A stretch of DNA of 12,533 nucleotides from an archaeon (GTDB lineage Archaea; Iainarchaeota; Iainarchaeia; Iainarchaeales; Iainarchaeaceae), in assembly GCA_038046625.1 (NCBI GenBank), contig JBBSVV010000021.1, positions 11,455-23,987 on the forward strand, given 5' to 3'. The notes under the pieces are model-generated. The model was not told where the DNA came from. It saw nothing but the letters and a program-made list of their open reading frames with translations, and ran no database searches. A program made the translations under genes and the position numbers. Shown here one piece after another: positions 1 through 6,797 of this stretch (its first letter is position 1; each line of letters starts with the position of its first letter).

Positions 1-52
1 TAAGGAAGTAAGCCAGGGATCTGCTAGGCAGTATGGCTTACCCCTTACTCCC
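1..52 (-). other. Stem-loop (structured RNA 5' end or terminator-like hairpin), possibly truncated by the window edge
   Basis: Plus-strand arms TAAGG-AA-GTAAGCCA (1-15) and TGGCTTAC-C-CCTTA (34-47) enclose an inner CTGC-TAG-GCAG hairpin (21-31). On the minus strand the mismatch becomes a G-U pair plus a 1-nt bulge, giving a ~14-bp stem. No tRNA, 5S, SRP or RNase P consensus recognised. Confidence 0.4.
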
Positions 53-60
53 AATGCGTA

Positions 61-76
61 TTACTTTTTCCTGCTT
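61..76. repeat. 16-bp direct repeat copy 1 (TTACTTTTTCCTGCTT)
   Basis: Identical to 811-826, read directly from the sequence. Confidence 0.9.
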
Positions 77-79
77 TAG

Positions 80-96
80 TGTTTAAATTCGTTTCT
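80..96 (-). promoter_or_regulatory. Putative leftward archaeal promoter (BRE-TATA)
   Basis: Minus strand reads GAAACGAA-TTTAAA (TTTAAA at 82-87). It would initiate near 55-58, just upstream of the stem-loop. Confidence 0.35.
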
Positions 97-104
97 CTGC
101 CCTG

Positions 105-123
105 AACAAGAAATTTTTTATAC
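105..123 (+). promoter_or_regulatory. Putative promoter of the trmB-family gene (leaderless)
   Basis: Purine-rich AACAAGAAA followed by a T-run ending in TTTATA (117-122), about 23 nt before ATG 145. No SD present. Confidence 0.55.
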
Positions 124-144
124 TGGGACTTCCTGATTGATGCG

Positions 145-810
145 ATGATTGAAGAGATAAAAAAGCTCGGCCTGAACGAGTACGAGGCGAAGGTTTACCG
201 TTCGCTCCTTTCAATGGGGAAGTCTTCCGCGGTTGCGCTGAGCAGGAGCGCTTCGGTTCCAAGGGCGAGGGTTTATGACGTGCTTTCTACGCTTGAGAAA
301 AAGGGTTTTGTGGTTAAATCGGTTTCGAAGCCGATTGAGTTTGTCGCGGTTTCGCCTTCAAAGGTTTTCGAGGGCCTCGCGAGGTCAAGGAATGAGCGGC
401 TTGTGAAGGAGCTCAAGGAACTTGAGGGTGTCGCGTTTTCGCTTGAAAATTCCTCAAAGGAGAGCGATTTTGGGAGCGAGCAGGCCTGGGTAGTTGATGG
501 CAGGCACAACATTTACTCCCTCATTTCACAGGAACTCGAAAAGTGCGTTGAGAGCGTCCTAATTTCCGCTCCGGACAGCTCAATAAAGCGGAAAAAGGCT
601 TCCTTCAGCAATTATTTTGATGCTTTGGGGGCCAAGGGGGTTAAGGTTATTGCGAACAGGAGGCAGCCCGGCGCCCGCTTCATGGTTTTCGACAAGAATT
701 CTGTGCTGCTTTTCATGACCCCTGAAAAGCAGGATGAGGCGCACGAGCGCGCATTGTTCATAAACAGCCCTTTTCTGGCCGAGTATTTTTATTCGAACGG
801 CAAAAAATAG
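145..810 (+). CDS. trmB: TrmB-family transcriptional regulator (N-terminal winged HTH plus short effector-type domain)
   Basis: LGLNEYEAKVY..LL..G...A..LS..ASVPRARVYDVL.TLEKKGFV is the characteristic TrmB HTH. It is followed by a coiled segment and W.V.GR.NI...ISQEL...ESVLIS, typical of the start of the TrmB C-terminal domain. 221 aa. Confidence 0.92.
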   Translation: MIEEIKKLGLNEYEAKVYRSLLSMGKSSAVALSRSASVPRARVYDVLSTLEKKGFVVKSVSKPIEFVAVSPSKVFEGLARSRNERLVKELKELEGVAFSLENSSKESDFGSEQAWVVDGRHNIYSLISQELEKCVESVLISAPDSSIKRKKASFSNYFDALGAKGVKVIANRRQPGARFMVFDKNSVLLFMTPEKQDEAHERALFINSPFLAEYFYSNGKK

Positions 811-826
811 TTACTTTTTCCTGCTT
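811..826. repeat. 16-bp direct repeat copy 2 (TTACTTTTTCCTGCTT)
   Basis: Identical to 61-76. It forms the last codons (S-R-K-K-stop) of the vWA gene and begins immediately after the trmB stop, where the T-run could also act as an archaeal terminator. Confidence 0.9.
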
Positions 827-3800
827 GCCTTCTTCTTTGCGCGCTTTTTTTTCTGCTTTGGGGTTTCGGGTTCAGATTCCGCGGCCTTTGTTTCGTAAAT
901 GCTTTTTCCATTTCCGGTGCCCGGCTGTTCTTTTTCGGTCTCGTGCTTTGAGGCATTGTACGCGCTCATTATAATGAGGCCTATGACCAGCAATACAAGG
1001 AACCCGAGTATGGCTGTTGAAATTGTCGCGAGGCTGAACAATCCTGTTCCGACGCTTACAGGTTTTTCAATGACAACATTCTGGTCTGTTCCGGGAGTTT
1101 CAGCCGTTGCCCCGGCATACCGGAATACCGCGTTTCTCGTGTAAGTTCCCTCATCAGTTTCGAGGCTGAACGGAACGCTTACCGTTTTTCCCCTCATTTC
1201 CTCCGGGATTCCGACAAGTATTCTTGCTTTTACGGTTTCCTTTGCCTGTATGAACCTGTTTCCCAGCTGCACAACTCCGTTGAAGTCAAGCGTTGTTGCA
1301 TTGAACACTTCAAGCGTTCTGTTGCTGTCGTTGTAAATCTCAAAATTCACTTCAATGTTGTGTTCGAGTCCTTCGACTTCCGTGAAATTGAGGTCCTGTA
1401 CCCTCAAATCAACTTCTCCCAATCCGAATGATTCCTCGTTGCCCGAAACCTCGAGCTTGAGCTGTGCGCTCGTTCTGAATCCGCGGTCCGTTTCCGCATT
1501 GATTGTAATGAAAGTTGTTTTCGGCAGGTCGAATGGCGGCGACACAAAGAAGTTCACTTCCTCCCTTTCTCCCGGCTCGACATTAACCTCGGCCTCGACC
1601 ATGAAAACGAACGGCTTGTCCGAACCGAGCTTCACGTTTTGTGAAACAACTCCGCGGTTCTCGATTATGAGGGTCTGCTTCTGGCCTTCGCATGTTGCCG
1701 CGTCAAGCACAGGTTCAAGGATTATGAGGTCTATTCCGAAGCATCCCGCGTTTGAAAGGTAATTGATGTTTTTTTCCTCGTTGAACTGCACTAGCCTTCC
1801 GGAAACCGCCTTCACGCTGTAGGTTTCCTCTGCCTTTGCGTTCGGCGTGCGCACAGTGAAAGGAACTGCTGCCTCTGTATTGGCTTCAACATCAATGCTT
1901 GCCGGCCCATTAATCCAGTTCGGCGAGTAACTCAAATTGAATGCCTGCTTTTCGGAACCGATGTTCGCAAGCTTTATGGACTCGTTCTTGTCGACGCCCA
2001 GGCAAAGATTAAGCTCCGGCGCAACCAATGCCGCGTTATAACAGTCCGAAACAACTAGGCTGAAGTCCTTCTCGTAAGAAAAGTTCGGCGAATCAAGCCT
2101 TACCGTAAAGGTTTTCCTCCCAATGCCGCTTGGAATGATGTCGAGTTCCTGTGAAATCGTTTGCAGCACTTCAGAAAGCTCTTCCGAGTTCCCTGCGTCG
2201 AAGTACTTTCCGTTTGTCGTGCGCGAAATTTCCTGCAGCTGTTTTTGCCCGTCCGCATCAATATCAAAGCCGATTGAATAAACCGTTATGCGGTTCTGCG
2301 CGAGTTCCTTCGCTGTTTCGGTTATGTTCCCTTCGCATGTTTCCCTGCCGTCGCTCACGAGTATAATTGCCTTCTGCTTTCCTGCCGGGAAATCGGCAAT
2401 GCTTGCCCTGAGTGCCTGCGCCAAAGGCGTTTTTCCCGCGGGTTTGAATGCGGAAACCCTGTCGGTTATTGCCGGAATATCAAGGTTCTTTACGGGAACA
2501 AGCAACTGTGAATCCTCACACAGCGCTCCTTGCCCGAAAACCCTCATCCCCAAATCAACTTCATTGATTTTGTTCACGAGGTTTATGATTGCGGTTTTTG
2601 CGACGCCTATTTTTGTCTTGTCCATGTTCTGCTCAATCATCGAGCCCGAAGTGTCCATCAAAAGTTCGACCGCCAAATCGGTTTTCTTCACTGCTCTCGC
2701 CTTTTCCGCGAGGTTGCTGACATCAAGCCTTGCCTCGATTGTTTTTGTTTCCCCCGGGCCGATGGAGATTTTCGGGTTATCGAGTTGCGCGCCTATTCCA
2801 AGTACGCTCACATCAAGGTCAACTGTTTTTGTGCGGTTGTTCTTGAGGCTGAACTTGTAAACTGGCGCATCCTCAACGCACACATTTTCATTGCCCCCGA
2901 GCTTTTCAACCTGGAGGTTGTAGCAGTCCTGCAGATTAACCGTGAACGGCTTCGAGGTCGAGTAATCAAAAAGCGTGCTTTGCAGAGTGAGGCCGAACTC
3001 GTAATTTGCGGGCTGCATGGCTGTTTCATTAAGCTTCAATGTTACGCTTTGCTCTTGCCCCGGTTCCAAAGCAATGCCTGTTTTGTCAAGCTTCGCAAAC
3101 TCCGGGCCTTCAAGAGTAATTTTGTAGTTGTCCGCCAGCTTTCCGTTGTTCACTACCCTTATTTTTGCCTCGCTCGGTGTTTCAAGGCACGCGCTTATTT
3201 TGCCCGCATCAAATCCCGCGCCGAGAATCAATTGGCTTCCCTGCCCCTGTTGGAGTACGTACTGCGCATTGTCTTCAGAGTAAAAGTTCGGGTTTACCAG
3301 GGTTGCGCGCGCAGTGAATTCATAATTTCCAAAATCGGTTTCGCATGGCGCCTGCACGTGCATTTTCACTGTTTGTGGTTCGCCTTTCTTCACGAGTATG
3401 CGCTGTTCCTCCAGAGTGTACCAATCATTCGGGATTCCGCTTATTGACAAGTCAACGCGCTCGATGTTCTGGTTCGGCACAATTGTGTTGTTTGAAACCA
3501 CGATTTCGTAAGTTTTTTCCTCGCACTGCGTTGCCTCCTGCATTGCAGGCCTCACGTCAATGCCGACAAAATGGCCCTGCTTTACTTCGAGTGAACAGGT
3601 TGCCCTTATTGTTTCGGTGTTCTGCACAATGAGTTCCGCACTGTAAATTCCTGGGTCAGCGTAACAATTCGCAACAGTATAAACCCTGAGCTGTTCGCAC
3701 TCATCCGGCGCAAGCGTTACTCTTCCGGGAAGGACATTGAACCACGAGGCCGGGGTCCCGTTGAAGTATGAAGAATAAGTTTCAGTTGATGCGCTGTTGT

Positions 3801-3936
3801 TGCAGAGCTCCAGTTCCCTGAGTGAAAGGTCGCACTGCGTTGATACATTGTCGCAGGTTCCCGTGAGTGTTGCTCCGTGCGCGTACGCACCCAGAATAAT
3901 GGCAACCAATCCCGCAATGACTATTTTCAAGTTCAT
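811..3936 (-). CDS. Large membrane-anchored surface protein: signal peptide, ~7 Ig-like (NEW3/CARDB-like) repeats, von Willebrand factor A domain, C-terminal TM helix and Lys-rich tail (1041 aa)
   Basis: Start reassigned to ATG 3936 (MNLKIVIAGLVAIILGAYAHGA signal peptide, ATGA overlap with the upstream stop). vWA motifs VELLMDTSGSM (MIDAS DxSxS), GKTPLAQAL, IILVSDGRETC and VYSIGF at ~2143-2679. Repeats of the type V.N.G....Y.......I.L.PGE...V. TM segment TAILGFLVLLVIGLIIMSAY. Confidence 0.88.
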   Translation of the reverse strand: MNLKIVIAGLVAIILGAYAHGATLTGTCDNVSTQCDLSLRELELCNNSASTETYSSYFNGTPASWFNVLPGRVTLAPDECEQLRVYTVANCYADPGIYSAELIVQNTETIRATCSLEVKQGHFVGIDVRPAMQEATQCEEKTYEIVVSNNTIVPNQNIERVDLSISGIPNDWYTLEEQRILVKKGEPQTVKMHVQAPCETDFGNYEFTARATLVNPNFYSEDNAQYVLQQGQGSQLILGAGFDAGKISACLETPSEAKIRVVNNGKLADNYKITLEGPEFAKLDKTGIALEPGQEQSVTLKLNETAMQPANYEFGLTLQSTLFDYSTSKPFTVNLQDCYNLQVEKLGGNENVCVEDAPVYKFSLKNNRTKTVDLDVSVLGIGAQLDNPKISIGPGETKTIEARLDVSNLAEKARAVKKTDLAVELLMDTSGSMIEQNMDKTKIGVAKTAIINLVNKINEVDLGMRVFGQGALCEDSQLLVPVKNLDIPAITDRVSAFKPAGKTPLAQALRASIADFPAGKQKAIILVSDGRETCEGNITETAKELAQNRITVYSIGFDIDADGQKQLQEISRTTNGKYFDAGNSEELSEVLQTISQELDIIPSGIGRKTFTVRLDSPNFSYEKDFSLVVSDCYNAALVAPELNLCLGVDKNESIKLANIGSEKQAFNLSYSPNWINGPASIDVEANTEAAVPFTVRTPNAKAEETYSVKAVSGRLVQFNEEKNINYLSNAGCFGIDLIILEPVLDAATCEGQKQTLIIENRGVVSQNVKLGSDKPFVFMVEAEVNVEPGEREEVNFFVSPPFDLPKTTFITINAETDRGFRTSAQLKLEVSGNEESFGLGEVDLRVQDLNFTEVEGLEHNIEVNFEIYNDSNRTLEVFNATTLDFNGVVQLGNRFIQAKETVKARILVGIPEEMRGKTVSVPFSLETDEGTYTRNAVFRYAGATAETPGTDQNVVIEKPVSVGTGLFSLATISTAILGFLVLLVIGLIIMSAYNASKHETEKEQPGTGNGKSIYETKAAESEPETPKQKKKRAKKKASRKK

Positions 3937-5873
3937 TTTGCAGCCCTGTTGTAATAAACCCAATCCCCATTTGATTTGTTACTGTTAAGTAGTGACACGC
4001 CTATTAGTATGGCGAGGAGAAGTATTAAAATCATAACCCCTCCAAGCAGCGCTTCGCCTTGGGAAAAGGCCGCAAATCCCGTAAAAAAGCCGTTTCCGCT
4101 CTCCTTGGTTCCGGCATTGCTGCCGCCTTCCTGGTTGCCCGAATTTTCAGCGTTTCCTGAATTCTGGTTTGCAGGTATGGGTGCTAGGTTCTGTTGCTGA
4201 TTCTGCTGCGCCTCAACAACCCTGAACCTGAGGCTCTGCCTCTTGGTTATGTTTCCTGCCCGTGCAACAAGGCTTATTGTGTAGTCCCCGAGTGGCGCGT
4301 CAAATGCGGGGTTTATGAAGACAAACATTTTCTTTTCCTTTCCAGCGTCAACCTCAATGCTTTTGTCCGAGAGAACAGCCTGTATAGTCCTTGGCACGTT
4401 CTCGAGGCCGAGTTTCACGGTTTCCGCGTAATCTCCGTTGTTCCTCACAATTATTTCGAATGTCTGGCCCGAGGTTGCCGAGCATACCCTCGCGTCAAAA
4501 TCGTTGTTCGCGGCGAATATTTCTATTTTGTGCTCCGCTTTTACCTCAGCCCTGACTTCCTTCTGCTCTGTTTCTTTTGCGTTCCACGCGTAAACAATTA
4601 TTTTGTGTTCGCCTTTCTTGTCTGACCCCCTTGCTTTTGCAATGAGCTTCACTTTCTTTTCCGCATAAGCAGGAAGGAAAACGCTTGTGCTGGCGATTTG
4701 TGTTTCAAGGTCGCTGTCGGCGCTGAGTGAAACGTACTGGCCCTCATCAATGTTGCCCGTGAGGGTTATCGTGTAAGTTTGCTGGCCGTTCCTTTCAATT
4801 GTTGCCGTGTTAGGGCTGACATTGAGTGTGAATGCGTCCTCGTTGCATTCCACGAGCCTGAATGTTATGCTCCGTTCGACATACTGGTCCTCGCTCCTCG
4901 CGAATACCGGTATGGTGTATTCTCCGGGTGCGGTTGTTTTGTTCGTGTGTATAATGAGGTTCATCTCATCCGACTCGCCGCCGCTGAGCGTTGTTTCGGG
5001 GAATTCAAAAACCGGGAGCAGGAGCTGGTGCTCGGCATTGAGCCTTATGGTTTGTGTTCCGCCCGAATTGTTTTCGAGCCTCACGCGTATTTCCTGCGTG
5101 TATGGCTCCTTGCACACGTAATAATCGCTTATCCTTGTGATGTCTACCGGATCCTCATTGTCAATTACCTCGATTTCAATTGGTATTTCCTTTACGCCTG
5201 TTCCGTAATCAAGCTGCACGAGCGCATCATATGAATCCGTTCTCGCATCCTTGAGGCTTGTGATTGTCGTGGAAAAGGATGTTTTCTCGCCGCTGTTGAG
5301 GCAGAATTGCCTTACGCTCGGAGTGACCTTTATTTCGTCCCTCTCGTCGCTGTCCAGAACCGCGCCTGTTTCAAAGCACTGTTTTTCCCTTGTGGAATTT
5401 TCAACAGTGAAAGTGATGCCTATTGAGTTTGCGGGCTCTATTGTGACGCGGCTCCTTTCGGCCTCGAAAATTATTTCATCAACATCCGCGATGTCCTTTA
5501 CCGTTACGTTGAATGAATCCGAGTCCTGCCTTCCCTGTGAATCAGTTATGGTTATCGTGAGCGAATTCATTCCCGCAAGGTTCCTTCCCGGAGCGTTGCA
5601 GCTCACGTAGCGTTCAGATTCGATGAAGCAGTCTATGAGCCTGTTGTTTGACTGTGAAGTAAGCGTGTAGAAGAGATTGTTCGCGCCTTCATTGCTTTGC
5701 GCGTAATCGCGCAGGTCAACGGACCTGTCAAGGTTGCCGGAATTCTTTGTGATGGTTATGTCCGGAATCCCGCTGATTGTGGGTGTGCCTGCGGCGCTTG
5801 CCGCCATGAGCGGTGCCAAAAGTATCAGTGCCATTGCCGTGATTATTGCTGTTTTTGTTTTTGCGCTGTTCAT
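3933..5873 (-). CDS. Membrane-anchored surface protein: signal peptide, one cadherin-like repeat, ~4 Ig-like repeats, Q/N/G-rich linker, C-terminal TM (646 aa)
   Basis: Signal peptide MNSAKTKTAIITAMALILLAPLMAASA. SD GGGTGA upstream and ATGA overlap at 5870-5873. NEW3-like motifs (TAPGEYTIPVFA, APLGDYTISLVA). TM segment ALLGGVMILILLLAILIGVSLL. Confidence 0.88.
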   Translation of the reverse strand: MNSAKTKTAIITAMALILLAPLMAASAAGTPTISGIPDITITKNSGNLDRSVDLRDYAQSNEGANNLFYTLTSQSNNRLIDCFIESERYVSCNAPGRNLAGMNSLTITITDSQGRQDSDSFNVTVKDIADVDEIIFEAERSRVTIEPANSIGITFTVENSTREKQCFETGAVLDSDERDEIKVTPSVRQFCLNSGEKTSFSTTITSLKDARTDSYDALVQLDYGTGVKEIPIEIEVIDNEDPVDITRISDYYVCKEPYTQEIRVRLENNSGGTQTIRLNAEHQLLLPVFEFPETTLSGGESDEMNLIIHTNKTTAPGEYTIPVFARSEDQYVERSITFRLVECNEDAFTLNVSPNTATIERNGQQTYTITLTGNIDEGQYVSLSADSDLETQIASTSVFLPAYAEKKVKLIAKARGSDKKGEHKIIVYAWNAKETEQKEVRAEVKAEHKIEIFAANNDFDARVCSATSGQTFEIIVRNNGDYAETVKLGLENVPRTIQAVLSDKSIEVDAGKEKKMFVFINPAFDAPLGDYTISLVARAGNITKRQSLRFRVVEAQQNQQQNLAPIPANQNSGNAENSGNQEGGSNAGTKESGNGFFTGFAAFSQGEALLGGVMILILLLAILIGVSLLNSNKSNGDWVYYNRAAK

Positions 5874-6688
5874 TTTTTCACCCTGAGTTTTGTCTGGTTT
5901 CCCGTGTTGAGTATTTTCACGAGCCTTGCAATGAATGCAATCATCAATATTGCGGCTATTATTACGAGGAACGCGTCAATGATGAAGCCAGTGTCCCCGG
6001 TGTTTTCGAACATGCTGCCTATTGTTGCGAGGCCCGCAAGCGCCCCCTGTTCATCGCGCTTCACCTTGATTTCCTTTGCAATTGTTTTTCCGCTGCAGCT
6101 GAAAACGAGTTCAATGTTCCCTTCGAACGCGCTGTTTTGCGCGAGCTTGGTTTCGAATGCCCTTTTTTCGTACGCCCCGATTGTGAACTCCGTGTTTCCG
6201 GAAATGTTCCAGTCCTGCGGGGCCTTTTCAAGCGAAACAAGCCTTGCTGTTTTGCTTTTGTATGAAGCGTTTTCCATTTCCAGGATTATTTTGCCGTCGC
6301 TGCCGTTTTGCGCGTCAATTGTTACCGTGCACTCGTCCTTGTAAGCGTAATTCACGAGAATGTTTTTTTCCGCAAGGTTATTGGCAACATCAATCGAAAC
6401 AACGCCTTTTTGGGTGCTTCCTTCGAGCCCTTTCTGCGGGTAAACCGTTATTTTCACTATTGCGCTTGAGTTCGCTTCCGCGTATTTCGGCGCATCGATT
6501 TTGTAATCCGAGGGAAACACAGCCTGGACAGAAATCGGCTGCCTTATTCCTGAGTTGTTTTCAACAGTAAACGCAATCTGTGCAGGGGTTTCCCCGATGG
6601 TTATTGAATCAGGAAAGCCGCTTATGAGTGCGCCCGCGTTGGCCACGAAAAGGGCCAGAAAAACCAGTGTTATTGAACCCCACCTCAT
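5870..6688 (-). CDS. Small membrane-anchored surface protein with ~2 Ig-like domains (~272 aa)
   Basis: ATG 6688 preferred (GAGTGA SD 5 nt upstream); GTG 6697 is an alternative. Signal peptide MRWGSITLVFLALFVANAGA. TM segment FIIDAFLVIIAAILMIAFIA followed by basic residues. Confidence 0.82.
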   Translation of the reverse strand: MRWGSITLVFLALFVANAGALISGFPDSITIGETPAQIAFTVENNSGIRQPISVQAVFPSDYKIDAPKYAEANSSAIVKITVYPQKGLEGSTQKGVVSIDVANNLAEKNILVNYAYKDECTVTIDAQNGSDGKIILEMENASYKSKTARLVSLEKAPQDWNISGNTEFTIGAYEKRAFETKLAQNSAFEGNIELVFSCSGKTIAKEIKVKRDEQGALAGLATIGSMFENTGDTGFIIDAFLVIIAAILMIAFIARLVKILNTGNQTKLRVKK

Positions 6689-6735
6689 ATAATTCACTCT
6701 TTAACCTGAATATGTTATATAATTTGTGTTTAGGT

Positions 6736-6753
6736 TGTATTTAAAGGTTTGCA
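6736..6753 (-). promoter_or_regulatory. Putative internal promoter for the three coupled surface-protein genes
   Basis: Minus strand GCAAACC-TTTAAATA (TTTAAA at 6740-6745) in an AT-rich intergenic region, ~50 nt upstream of the start codon. Confidence 0.5.
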
Positions 6754-6760
6754 GGAAGGT

Positions 6761-6797
6761 TTTTGCGGCTGAACAGCCAAAATGAAGCGTTTCGGCT
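6761..6797 (-). terminator. Possible terminator or hairpin after the 1027-aa gene
   Basis: Inverted repeat GGCTG-AA-CAGCC (6767-6778) flanked by TTTT and AAAA, directly downstream of the stop at 6798-6800. Confidence 0.3.

Noticed and set aside
1..60. tRNA, 5S rRNA, SRP or RNase P assignment of the edge hairpin
   Set aside because: No T-loop/D-loop, GAGGAAAGUCC or SRP motifs are visible in the available sequence.
2288..3447. Long plus-strand ORFs (2288-2860, 190 aa; 2530-3447, 305 aa)
   Set aside because: Antisense shadows of the vWA gene, with no recognisable motifs and an unnatural composition.
3937..3963. ORF-track upstream start MGLLQQGCK for the vWA gene
   Set aside because: It overlaps the upstream gene. 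ATG 3936 gives a clean signal peptide and an ATGA coupling.
4100..4212. Q/N/G-rich low-complexity tract as a tandem repeat or CRISPR
   Set aside because: It is an in-frame flexible linker before the TM, with no regular repeat-spacer structure.
4194..6570. Multiple plus-strand ORFs of 100-215 aa
   Set aside because: They lie antisense to well-supported surface-protein genes and have no independent evidence.
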